Position numbers and translations under genes: made by a program. From Octopus sinensis (taxonomy: Eukaryota): a DNA stretch of 64,000 nt. Where the stretch lies: the NCBI RefSeq assembly GCF_006345805.1, contig NC_043010.1, forward strand, positions 28,582,001 to 28,646,000. The letters run 5' to 3'. The notes under the pieces are model-generated. The model ran no database searches, was not told where the DNA came from, and worked only from the letters and a program-made list of their open reading frames with translations. Of this stretch, positions 38,656 to 51,017 are shown one piece after another; within the stretch, counting starts at the first letter, position 1, and each line of letters opens with the position of its first letter.

Positions 38656-39900
38656 CAGGGTGTGTAAGATATTTGAGGACAGATTTATGTTTACAAAAAA
38701 AAAACAGATATAGAATAACAAATATTTATTTATTTATGCTATGAAGATAGAAATAAACTTCCTTTTCTATAATGTTATTCAATAAAGCCACCTTCAGCTT
38801 CACAACTGCTTCTATATGAGATCTAAATCATCTACATGCTCAAATCAAGTGGTCCTGGTTCATTTTGGACATTACTCTGACTGTGGCAGCTTTCAAAGAT
38901 CTTTGGTGTTATGGGCATGTTCATTGACCTCTCTCTCAACAATGCTCCATGCGTAATAGTCCAGTGGATTGAGATCTTGGGAATTAGGAGGCCAAATGTT
39001 AGGGGTTATGTGATCATGAAAATTTTTAGCCATCCGTTCCTGTGTTACTAGAGCCAGGTGTGATAGTGCAGTCTTACTGAAACACATATGGCCTTCCATT
39101 GCATACACTGTCTATTCAGGGCTTAACAATTATTTGCAGGACCTCAATGTAGGTGGCAGAGTTAACTCTAAGGCCTTGTGGAAAGAAGTAAGGAGGCATC
39201 AGATGTCCTTTATTGCTGACAATCTCTAAAACTATGACAGTTGCAAGAAATTTTGTATGCATAACACTTGAAACTTAAGAAGGGTCTGCACATAACCATT
39301 TCTTCTGTTAACTTTTTGATCTTGGTCAAAAGTTTTTCTCATTTGAGAAAAACCAAATCAAATCTGGATTTTTCAGTTTGTTTAAGAGCCTTTTAGATTT
39401 GATGTAATGATTTTCCTTTTGCTTTTTCTGACAAATTGACCTTTCCTCATCATATATCTGATGTCTTCATGGACAACATTTCTGACTGTTCCTTCTGACA
39501 CATGGAGATCTTTTGCAATTGATCTCATGGAATTTCTAGGATTGTAATCAATGGTCTGTTGAACTTGCTGGATAAATTCAGGTGTTCTGATGATTTCAGA
39601 GCATTTAGAATGCTTTTTATGCTTTGATACTGGTGATACATTTCCATCTTCAGTCTCTAGCTCCTTACAGACTTTGTAGTCGAAAGATCTGGCAACTTTT
39701 AAAAGTCGAGGTATTTCTAAATCACTATGCTCAGCCTTTATAATCACAATGACAGCATACCTCTTCATTTCTTGAGTAAGCTGAGGACCCCTTTAAAGCT
39801 GTTATGTTTAAAAACACAGCATACCTCAAAGAATCTCTCTCACTTCTGGGGCAATTTTTTGTTTCACCTAGCTTTGAGATATTCTGATTTTTATACATAA
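38656..39900 (-). mobile_element. maT-like (DD37D) transposon remnant with internal deletion
   Basis: N-terminal HTH region KRYAVIV..SMRSIAKDLHVSEGTVRNVVHEDI (39382-39768); WPPNSQDLNPLDYYAW (38893-39108); end cagggtg at 38656. Confidence 0.8.
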
Positions 39901-40566
39901 TACATCCTTAAAGGGTTCTCTCTTGGATGAAGTATAACACTTTCACAGCATCTAATAATGCACTACACATTAAGTATGTGATATTGACAATGTTTACATT
40001 ATTAAGCTACTCCAGACACAAAATATATGAATATATCTATATGCACACACACACAGACACTTTGAGACCAGGTCACTATGAGGGCTCATTTGATATTTTG
40101 AGGCTCCTGTGAGAGGTCATTTGAGTTTGCAAGATCACTACAATAGATATTCTGAGATGGTGAAGTTACTATGTGGGGTGGGGGAGGGGGGAGTTTGAAA
40201 TTGTGGTCACCATGAGAGGCTCATTTGAGATTGTAATATGTGAATGGAGAAGGCTAGTGTGAGTCTGCTTCCTTGACATGTCTAGTGATTTTGTCCTTGT
40301 GCTTTTGAAGAACAATTTGTAAGAAAATGCACTGACTGATCAACCCTGATTTAGTCCTTTATCAAAAGAAAGTTTAAATTTATATAAAAACTGTTATATT
40401 CAGATTGTAAGCCTAATAGTGATTTGAGAACTCCTTTGTTTTATCCAAAGTGTACCTACATTATATTTTAAATATAAAATAAACTTTTTTTTTTGTTATT
40501 GACAATCACAAATGAACAGTTTATGTAACTGACCTGTTGTTTTTCTTTTTTTTTTCTGTTTTCTAG

Positions 40567-40721
40567 TTCTTCATGGAAAGGTTTCCAAGACAGTTCATTG
40601 GAGAATCTCTTCTACTGGAAGTGCCCAGATAAAGGAATTCAACATTGCCATTCTTGACAACAACATGACTGACACCACTACTGCTTCTACTGTCTCATCT
40701 TTTACAAACCATTATACATAA
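40567..40721 (+). CDS. Candidate terminal coding exon of an unidentified upstream gene
   Basis: Branch-like taactgac, long polypyrimidine tract and TAG at 40564-40566, then 50 open codons LHGKVSKTVHWRIS..NHYT*, and AATAAA at about 40732. No homology recognised. Confidence 0.4.
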
Positions 40722-43240
40722 ACTTCAGGAAAATAAAAAGGAAATTGCCACCATAAATATTTTCATAAACTGAACCAATAAGCATAAGTTTTTAGAAGGA
40801 AAACAAGGCAAAAATACACACTGCTGTCTGTGTAATTGACTACGAAAAACCAATCTGATGTTCGAAATATTTAGTTATCGTCAGTGGAGATCAGTATTAA
40901 TGTGTGTCTGTAGATATATAAGTATATAAATGTAAAAAGACACAGGTACACACACACACACACACACACACTCACACAAATATCTAGATAGACAGATAGA
41001 TAGATAGATAGATATTGTTGGAAGTTAAGTTGGTAAATAACTAGAGACAGTTATATAGATAAATAATGTATAAATATAATATATAGATAGCATTGACACC
41101 AATATATCTAGAAATTAGTAGTTAGAAAGATAGATGAATAAACAGGTTAAGAGACAGATTTAGGTTGAAAAATTTAAGCTGATAAAATATATATTTATCA
41201 ACATCAACAGATGTCTAGGGATGAAGGGTGATAGATATAAAACTGTGACTGTAAATGTATAATCTGCTGTTTTACTGATATTACTATAATGCATACTCAC
41301 AGCTTATTATGAGAGAAGGGAGAAAAAATAATAATATATAAAAAAAAAATTAATATTTTATTAAAAGTGTTAAGTCAAATTCATGAGTGCGTGACTGCAT
41401 ACATGGTGCAATGTTTTTATCATTTTACAAGGACATTTTGGCTGCAATGTACCTGTTAATTGCAGGATAAGGTCAACAGCAACAGACATAATTTACACTC
41501 AATGAACCACAGTTCTGGAGTATCTCATATGTAACTAATCTAAACTACATTTAAGCAAGTAATAGTGTTAGATGTAGCAGCAGCAGTAGTAGTATAGCCA
41601 AAACTAGATATTTTATAGAACACAACTGGAAGGTATTTGTGAATTGAATCCATAATTAGTTTGTGATTGTTTCACTTCACTTCTATTTGGTTGCTAATGC
41701 CTTTCATAGTATTAACATTGCACTGTTTCATTCCCTGATCTCTGTAAATCTGAGATATGTGAATAATTAGGAAGTTATTGTTGTTGTTATTATTTATAGT
41801 AGTGTTGTGGTTGATGGCATAGCACAGCAATGAATACTTGTTTTCTAACTTTGCCTACTTTATTAAAGCCCTTAAGAAAGGTATGAACAACACGATATCA
41901 CCTTCCATATTCTCTTCTCTACATGTTTAAGACATCATGTTTAATTAAGAAAATTCTTTCATCATTAGATCGCCACCATCATCATCATCATCATTATTAT
42001 TATTATTATTATCTTTATTATTATTATTATTCTCTAAGAATTTGTGTAAATGTGTGAATTTGCAGAAGCTGTCAACCCATGGCTATAGTGTGGAGAAAAC
42101 AAATGTAAAAACAGGAATATATAAATGGAAATAAAACATTACAGTTGTTAACTGTAGGGTCAATAAAATTGCAAAATAAACGCCCTACTGTCATTGTTGT
42201 TACCATCATCATCATCATCAACAGTAACATCATCATCAATCAGAACTGGCTTAGCTATTTTTTTCCAGTCATCTGATGTAAACTTGTTGCACTCAAACTC
42301 ACTTGCTACCCCTCTTTTTTCCTCACAAGCAATCTCACTCATACTCAAATGTAAAAGTCACACAGTTACCTGTGTGACTTTTACATACTTATTCATATAG
42401 ACTGATCCATAGAACATTTTCATTGTAAAGACATATTCATACTGCACAATCTCCTGCTCATACACATGTGAAGAATACACAAACAGACTCTCTCTTACAC
42501 TACAGACTCAATGATATAAACACCAGTCTCTGAAAAGAAGATTTCATTACATTTAACCCTGATTACCCAAATTCTTCAGTCTATGAGGACATGAAAAGCT
42601 ACAAGTATTTCCCTACTTATTTTAGACTAACAGTTAAAGAGGAAAAAAACAAGACAGTAGAAAGAAACAGCTACCCATAGTTTCAGTTTGGAGAAAATTA
42701 TTTCACAAATTATTTCTGTAAATATCAATTCTTCATAGACATATATATCTAATCAACAGGGTTGATGGATATATCCACTTGATTTCGTTGGTAATTACAA
42801 GTCAGGTGACACACTATTGGCGCAACAACAATGTTGATATTTAGTAATTGATGGAAGGTGGTGGCTCTTCTCATGTTTGCATTGCACAGAAGTTGGAGAC
42901 CAGTTCTCATCATTTATATCATCTATTAAAAATAATCTGTTGTAACTTCTACAATCCTTAATTATTTAAAAATATTAATTTGATATTATTGTGTTAAGTT
43001 AAAGGAGTGGGGGCAGGCAGGTCACATCGAACTCATCCTTTTCAATTTGCTATCTCATTCATATCATAGACATCAGAAAACATAAATACACACACACACA
43101 CACACACACATACACCCATGCAGAGAAATTGAGAGAGAGAGAATGGAAAGTTAACAGAAAAATAAGTAATGAAACCAATATTTATGAGCCCAAATGATTT
43201 ATTCATAAAGTAGGGCATGATTTTTCTAGTTTCTGTTGTA

Positions 43241-43353
43241 TTAAAAAGCTCTTTTTGATCTATTCCTGGATAGAAGGCTAGTCTGTTGCTGGCTAATTTC
43301 ACTGCTATCACCATCAGCAGACTCTTTAAGTGATGCCTGTTTTATCCATTCTA
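43241..43353 (-). CDS. Candidate terminal coding exon on the minus strand
   Basis: Acceptor ttttgtcaaactttttcag, then xEWIKQASLKESADGDSSEISQQQTSLLSRNRSKRAF*. No homology recognised. Confidence 0.25.
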
Positions 43354-43620
43354 CTGAAAAAGTTTGACAAAATACAAACCACAAAAAAAAAATAATAAAA
43401 GGGTATGATAAAGTAAATAGTCAGTTTAGGTGGATACAGCTTAATTATGTTAGATGTAAATGAGGTGTTTTTGATATTGACCTAATATCACTTCCTGCAT
43501 TCATAGACCAGCTGCACTAAGCACCCACTTTAAAAAGTATATGTGCAAAATATATAACAAGGGAAGATCTGCGGAAGATAGTGAATTGGTTCCAGTATTT
43601 AAGTTATTCTCTTCAGCCTG

Positions 43621-43992
43621 GTGAGTTTTTTTTTTTCATTCCAACTATGGACTGCAAGAGACTTCTGCTGCATCAAGACAATAAATCAATGTTATAGAAT
43701 TTGGATGTTAACTCTTTACAAGATTGCTCTTCACAATTTGCTTTGATTTTTAATTTTTTATATGCTTATTTTGTAGCATATACATACATCAGTATACTTT
43801 TTACACTGACAACTATTTGTAATATACCTTAAATGAATTTAAATACAGATATTTATATACAGGTATAAGTATATATATATATATGTTATATGTATATATA
43901 CATATATATATCCATTTTCAAAATTCCACTCTAACCCTCCAAAAGAAATTTTTCATTATCTCCCTTCTCTTTCTTGACCAATCTACATTCAG
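43621..43992 (+). other. Probable 5' UTR intron of the zinc-finger gene
   Basis: Donor CTG|GTGAGT at 43621; pyrimidine tract and CAG acceptor at 43990-43992, 15 nt before the ATG. Confidence 0.6.
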
Positions 43993-44007
43993 TGCAAACT
44001 GATCATA

Positions 44008-45480
44008 ATGGAAAAATCTTTCACATGTGAAATTTGTCAAAAGACATTCACCCGTCGGTCAAACTTGACCCGACATGTCTCAAACTGTCATAGAGACAGA
44101 GAAGTAGTGGAAAAATCAGAGAACAATGTCAGAATGGAAGAAACCAACGATGTCAGCTTGAGCAACAGCCCAATGGGTGTATTTTCCTGTAACATATGCC
44201 TACAAGGCTTTACTTTGAACTCTCAACTTCAAGCTCATGCTCGGGAACATGAGGCAGAAAGTGGTGTCAGTAGTGAGAACATAAACTCAGTTGTTAATAC
44301 TGATACAAAAAGTGATGAAGTCAGTTCTAGTGTCGAGAGTCTTGGCATGGTGAACCCTTGTATTGTGAACCCTTCTATTAGCCCAATTATTACTGCTGAT
44401 AACAATAATTTGAATAATGTTGGTCCTGATGTTGCTTCTTCAGAAGTTGTTGTTACCACAGATGTGTTAAATCATGATGTCACTTCTCCAGTTATGGTTG
44501 TCAATGGTGTTGTACGTGGTGATACTGCTGTTACTCCCAATCTAATCAACGAAACTATAAACACCACCACCACCTCCACCACTGTCTCAGCTATATCTTC
44601 CTCACCATCTCTTTTGGTTCGTCACTCAAGTCCTTACTCCTGCTCCATTTGTCAACGAGGCTTCTCCCAGCGATCACATCTTGACGCACATGTTCGCATA
44701 CACTCGGGAGAGCGGCCCTACCAGTGTAACCAGTGCGGGGCAGCCTTCTCTCGAAGAGGTAACTTGGTGCGTCATCGGCTGTCTCATGGAGGTGAACGAA
44801 AACACAAGTGTACTGTGTGTGGACGGAGATTCTCGCAAAAGTCACATCTTCAAGTCCATTTACGGATACACACTGGTGAACGACCTTACAAGTGTGACCG
44901 TTGTGGTTATGCCTTTTCTCGCAATGGTAATCTCGTCCGGCATCGACGAGCCAACAGCAGCGGCAAGCGTAAATACAGTTGTGTACCTCCCACATTACTG
45001 TCAACATCAAGTGGACAACAGTCAACATCAAACACATCTTCATCACAAGCTGCTCTCATATCCATGTGCCAAAATAATTTGGCACAGACACAAATACAAA
45101 CTAAAAATGTGGTGAGTGGTTCAAGTCAGAAGGGAGTGAAGACCCATGTTAGTAACAGTGCTGAAGGCAAGAATGCAGCAGCCTTACATCAGCAACAATT
45201 ACTGCAAACCACCTCCAATACAACTACCACTACTGCAGTGGTAGCAACAGCACCAACTGCTGCAAGTACCAATGTGGTTCAATTAGCAAATGTCCCCTAT
45301 CAAATAATGACAGCTCTTCCAAGTCCCCTAAATGCCATTCAGCCAGTGACTAGTTACCACTCCCTGGCTAATGTCCCCCATCAGCTAGTCACTGTTCCAC
45401 AACCAATTAGTGTCCACCAACTGGCCAGTCTAGGTAATATTGCCAGCATCCCTCTTCACATTGATGTACCAACAACTTAA
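44008..45480 (+). CDS. C2H2 zinc-finger protein, 490 aa: two isolated N-terminal fingers, four tandem fingers, Q/T/S-rich C-terminus
   Basis: Long stop-free ORF in unique sequence; CX2CX12HX3-4H motifs with SGERP/GGERK/TGERP linkers; the last finger lacks the canonical second His. Confidence 0.93.
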   Translation: MEKSFTCEICQKTFTRRSNLTRHVSNCHRDREVVEKSENNVRMEETNDVSLSNSPMGVFSCNICLQGFTLNSQLQAHAREHEAESGVSSENINSVVNTDTKSDEVSSSVESLGMVNPCIVNPSISPIITADNNNLNNVGPDVASSEVVVTTDVLNHDVTSPVMVVNGVVRGDTAVTPNLINETINTTTTSTTVSAISSSPSLLVRHSSPYSCSICQRGFSQRSHLDAHVRIHSGERPYQCNQCGAAFSRRGNLVRHRLSHGGERKHKCTVCGRRFSQKSHLQVHLRIHTGERPYKCDRCGYAFSRNGNLVRHRRANSSGKRKYSCVPPTLLSTSSGQQSTSNTSSSQAALISMCQNNLAQTQIQTKNVVSGSSQKGVKTHVSNSAEGKNAAALHQQQLLQTTSNTTTTTAVVATAPTAASTNVVQLANVPYQIMTALPSPLNAIQPVTSYHSLANVPHQLVTVPQPISVHQLASLGNIASIPLHIDVPTT

Positions 45481-46011
45481 AACTGTGTTTAATGTAACAT
45501 TGTGATGCTTGCAAGCATTCAGCATAAATGTGCAAAAAAAAAACTCCTGGAAAAAATTAGACCTTTCAGGAATCTGGCCCTGGAGAACAGAGTAGTTTTT
45601 CTTTTTCTTGTTATTTTAAACACTGAAGAAACGAAGGTTAAACCAAACAGAAAAAGAGGGTGACATGGTAACAAAAGAGTTACATTGACAGACTGACTGC
45701 ATAAAATGTATAAAGAAAAAGGGTTAATGTGAGAGAATAAGGGATAGTAGAATGAAAGAAAATTAGAAAGTATACGAAAGGGTGTGGAAAAAGCATTAGG
45801 ATAAAAGAGAACTAGAAGATTGAAAATGAAAGGGAATAGAGAAAGAGGTCGTCTGAAATAGAGGATAGTAAGAAGAAAAGTTTGTGTTTTAGGGAAAACT
45901 GATACAAATAAATAATTGATTTTGTATATGTAGAATAATATGCATATGTGTATATATACATATATGTATGTGTGTGTGTATATATATATATATAATATAT
46001 ATATATAATTC

Positions 46012-46350
46012 TTTTACTTGTTTCAGTCATTTGATTGTGGCTATGTTGGAGCACTACCTTGAAGAGTTTTAGTCAAACAAATTGACTCCACAACTTATTT
46101 TTTAAAGCCTAGTACTTATTATATCAGTTTCTTTTGCTGAACTGCTAAGTTACAGGGACATAAACACACCAACACCAGTTGTCAAACACTGAAGTGGGGA
46201 CAATCATACACACACACGTGTGTGTATATATATAATAAGATTCTTTCAATTTCCATTTGCCAAATCCACTCACAAGGCTTTGGTTGACCCAAGGCTATAG
46301 TAGAAGGCATTTGCCCAAGGTGCTATGCTGTGGGACTGAACCTGGAACTA
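46012..46350 (-). mobile_element. CORE-like SINE
   Basis: Homologous to 11745-12123. Confidence 0.78.
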
Positions 46351-46920
46351 TGTTATTGGGAATATACATATATTTTCAGTTTCTCACTGCTCAGAGTTTG
46401 TCGGTTACGTAGAAGCTATCGGGAAATAAAGCATGAATGGAGAAACTTAGATGGTAGGTTCAGAAGAGTTAATCCGGAAGCATCAAATTATTTTTCTCTT
46501 TATTTCTTGTGTGCACACGTGTATGTGTGTGTATGTATGTAAAGCTTTGCATCCATTATTTGCTAGTGAGCAGAATAGTTTTTTCATGCAATTATACATA
46601 TATTTCTCCAAATGTTGTTTTTATGGCTCAATGTTCTTATTACTGTTTACCACTTCACTGTGAAGCAACAGTTGGTGAAATCTGTAGTTAGAGGCACATT
46701 GAGGCAAACAGAGTTATGTTCCTTGCTCAAGAAAACAAGATGATTCTCATACTATAAATTGAATTCTTGTCTATCTACTCTGTACTCTAACACTTTAATC
46801 TCAGAGAAATTGTGATACATGATTGAATGATCTTTATTCCCTACTCTGAATTGTACATGAATATTTCACATTTGTTGATAACACTGAAATATGTGTGTGT
46901 GAGTATCTATCTGTCTATCT

Positions 46921-47262
46921 AGGGGTGCCATTGCATAGTACCTAAAATCCCACCTCTCAAAATATGGGACTAGACACTGTAGTAACTTGGGATTCAAGGG
47001 CTCACATCTCTTCCCAAAGGAGCTGAGATCCTATGTGGTGTAGATGTATATGTCTGCAAAACTAAACTGGATCTCCTACAATCAAAAATCCCAGTTGAGC
47101 CACCTTCACAGTAGGAAGTGTGAATGAGAGCAGCAGCATCAAATTCCCTCATTCACCAAATGCCAACTACTAAAGGAAGATTAATGATGATGCAGTAATG
47201 CCAGTTGGCAGTGCCCCAGCATGGCCACAGCCATTGAGCTGAAACTAGTAAAGAGTAAAAGA
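46921..47262 (+). mobile_element. CR1-like LINE 3' end (same family as 21290-22947)
   Basis: Homologous to 22620-22947; ends ggcagtgccccagcatggccacagccattgagctgaaactagtaaagag. Confidence 0.72.
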
Positions 47263-49540
47263 TATATATATGCACACACTTTTTCTAACTTAGAGGATGT
47301 AAAACTGCTGTCTCTTTAATTTCTCTCCTGTCTGAAAAGTTAGATTTTCTACTCCCCATGGCAAGTTTTACTGTATTCTATCAATTTTACAAAATACTAC
47401 AATTCTTGCCAATGCAGACCAACTGCAGTCTCTTTGGAGTCTGATGGTATATATCTGTGTGTACAATGAATTTAAATACTGCAATAAATTTTAAGTAGTT
47501 AGGAGAAAGAAAAGTGGTTTGGCAAAACTAGTAAAAATTTCATTTCTGTTCAATTTATGATTTTGTTCAAAACCTTTGACTACTCTTCATCCTTTCAACA
47601 TCAAATTTTTACTTTTGTTTGAATTATTTGTATTACTCTTTGCTGACAGTACTGCACTAATTTTTTGAGATTCTGTTTTCTAACATATATATACAAGTTT
47701 ACATCAATATGTGTATATGACGAAAAAAATGTTAAAATTTGATGATATATATATACTTCTATTGTATTATATTTATAATACATCTGATACAAGTGTCATA
47801 TTACGTACACATGTATATATTAACAGTCTCATTTGATTGAGGGTTTCTTTTCAACTCACTGTGTAACATATGTGAAACCTGACCATATACATGTGTCTGT
47901 TGCCTAGAGACATCATCAAGTATATTTCCTCAAACTTTATATATGTATACATCAGTTAATAAAAGTCTCTCACTGATTGCTTTATAAAATATTTTACAAC
48001 AGTAAAATCCAGTTTTGGGCCAAATTTCCTTGTGTTTGGAAATTTATGACAAGAAACAATCAATATGTGAGTATAAAATTCATCATAATGGCAAAATTTT
48101 GAGTTTTTTTTTTTCTTTTGACAGAAATCAATTGTGAATGATGTATTTTTATTTTTACTTATATAAAAAAATAGCCAAAACAATGCTTGCTATATATATA
48201 TATACATACACACACACTCATACTCACACTCACATGTGCACAGACACATGCATAAATTGGTCAGTTGCACATAGATGGCTGATGAAATGGTCTGGTTATA
48301 TGGTTATATAATAAGATAATGTAATACATCATTGAACAAATAAAAAAAACATTCTATGGAAACGACAGTAATGCAGCATGAACAGTGTCTCTATTCCCAT
48401 TGTTTTATTTTATATATGTGTGTGTGAGAGAGAGAGAGCGAGAGTTAAAAGCTTCTTTATTGGTAGAGAATTGATGTGGGGTAAAATAAACAAGTTAAGT
48501 TAGAAAATATGTAAATGTTTACAAAGGTAGAAATCAGAGTAGTGATGGTGGTGGCAGCAGTGAAATCTATTTCATTCAATTCAGTAAACTTTCTTTATCA
48601 CAAGAAACATAAAATGAGCTATAAAACAGCTCATCCAATCAGTTATGCCACATTTTCAAGACCTTTGCTTTTATGAACATCTAATTTGTACATGCCATAG
48701 AAAATATGAAATTTATACATTGCACATACAAAACATGATATATGTACATTACAAATACAAAACTATTTCCATGTAATCACCATTGAAATTAACTTTTTTT
48801 TTTTTAATATTTAAGAAGACTTTTAAAAACTCTTTTTTCACTATCTTTGTAAAATTTCATGAATTTGTAACCATTGGCCATTTACAGTTTTGCAATGTTT
48901 GTGTCAATGTCTATCTGCTGATACAATAATACGTACACACACACATATACACACATGTATTATATATGCCTTGTAGAGTAGAAGATCTTTGGTAAGACAA
49001 ACTTGTGAGAAGTTTACACTCCTGGTTCATGTAATTTCACTTCAATGAAATCACTAAATGCCCTAAAAACTGAATGAATATTACAACACTCAATAAAATT
49101 ATATGTATGAAGTACATATATATATAAATATATACATATACACACACACATAAATAACATGCATAAATATCTATTGATAATCATGTTTTAATTCAACTTT
49201 TTACATTTCAAATATATTTTTATCTGTATAATACACACATACATATTTACAATTGTACATACATATTTATAATTATGCATACATTTGTGTCTGTATATGT
49301 ATATAAATATATATATATATATATATACACATACACATATAGGTGCATAAACATCTTATTTGCTTCTGTTAGGTATGCATACAATCGGCATTTAATTTCT
49401 GACTAGAGTCTATTTGCAATATTTAAATGAGATATGCACTAAAAACAACAAAAAATTACACCAACATTCACACTGAATACAAACCACACACACACATTTA
49501 TATATACATACATTTATAAATATATATATATATATATATA

Positions 49541-49754
49541 TAGTAATCCCTTGCCATATTGCGGTACACCTGTCGTGGTTTATTATTTAAGCTTATGTCA
49601 ATTCCTCCATGGTGCTGTGTTGCATTTATGATTAGCTGTATGCAAATTATAAAAATTATTAAAAAGATATACACTACAGTACTGTTTTTACTTGTGGATT
49701 TGTACCTGCCACAGGGTGTCTTGGAATGCAGAACCCGCGATAGTTGAGGGATTA

Positions 49755-49757
<3 letters not shown>
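49541..49757. mobile_element. pogo/Tigger-type MITE
   Basis: TIRs (t)agtaatccct..gcgg and ccgcgatagttgagggattactg, flanked by TA. Confidence 0.65.
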
Positions 49758-49852
<95 letters not shown>

Positions 49853-50139
49853 ACATACACACACACACATACATAATTCCATACAGACATAAATGCAGTA
49901 ACCACTGATTTTTGTGTGTATGTATATATATATATAAATATATATATATATTTATAACACATACCTAATATATATAATGTACATAAATAATATATGTGTG
50001 TGTATACATATACATACGCACACATATATATATATAATATATATATACATATGTATATATAAATATATATACATATATATATATATATATGTATACATAT
50101 ATATATATACATATATAAATATATACATACATATATATG

Positions 50140-50226
<87 letters not shown>

Positions 50227-50228
50227 TA
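49758..50228. repeat. (TA)n/(CA)n arrays
   Basis: Directly visible, with short unique spacers. Confidence 0.9.
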
Positions 50229-50654
50229 TACTGCATGGTAGTATCGCCTGTGCTTCTTGCATGAAAGAAGCACTGTAAGGGGGAGGCAAGCATTAGGAAG
50301 GGCATCCAGCCCTAGAAGTGATCCAAAGCAGACACTAGAGCACAATACAGTCCTTGGACCCATCAGATCTTTTCAAACCATCCAGCCTATTCTAGTGTTG
50401 AACATGGATGATGTTGATATATATTATTAATCAGTTGTAGGATTTGTTAGAATCAAGATATTCTAACATACAGGATGGTGGGCGTGGGTCAAGTATCACA
50501 CGTATGTAGATGTATTATAAACATACACCCATTTATATATGCACATATATACGAATACACACACACAAGTTCTCGATCCAATGCAAGTCATAAATCCAAC
50601 AAAGAAATGGTTCCAGGTATGTCATTTGTATAATAGAAGAACACAAGTAGAGTT

Positions 50655-51017
50655 TAAAGATTCACAACAGCTGTTTCAGCAGCATTATTTTTCATTGAAC
50701 ACTAGTTAAGTCATTATTATCACATTGTGAAAAAACTTTACTCTTATCGGGTGATTTTAAACATAGGTAAGAAAGAAATTCAAATCAGCTCTCCTTGCCA
50801 GGCATTAGCAGAGTAGGTGGGTATATTTGAAATTTTAACAGTTCTTCAAATATACTCACCAGTTTTGCTGATGCCCCGGGTGAGTCGATTTGAATTCTTT
50901 CTTTTACATATGTTTAAAATCACCTGACGAAAGAGGATACTTTTCATGATGTAATCGTGATGATTGAACTATTCATCAATAAAAAAATTCGGCTGAAACA
51001 ACTGTTGTATTCTTTTA
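50655..51017. mobile_element. Foldback element with degenerate hammerhead-like ends
   Basis: Outer arms acaacagctgtttcagc / gctgaaacaactgttgt, inner arms about 50747-50800 / 50880-50940, central hairpin gggtatatttgaa / ttcaaatatactc; CTGACGA at 50924. Confidence 0.6.

Noticed and set aside
42160-42348. Acidic ORF MSMSEIACEEK..DDDDD
   Set aside because: The acidity comes from a (CAT)n microsatellite; upstream frames are closed and there is no splice support.
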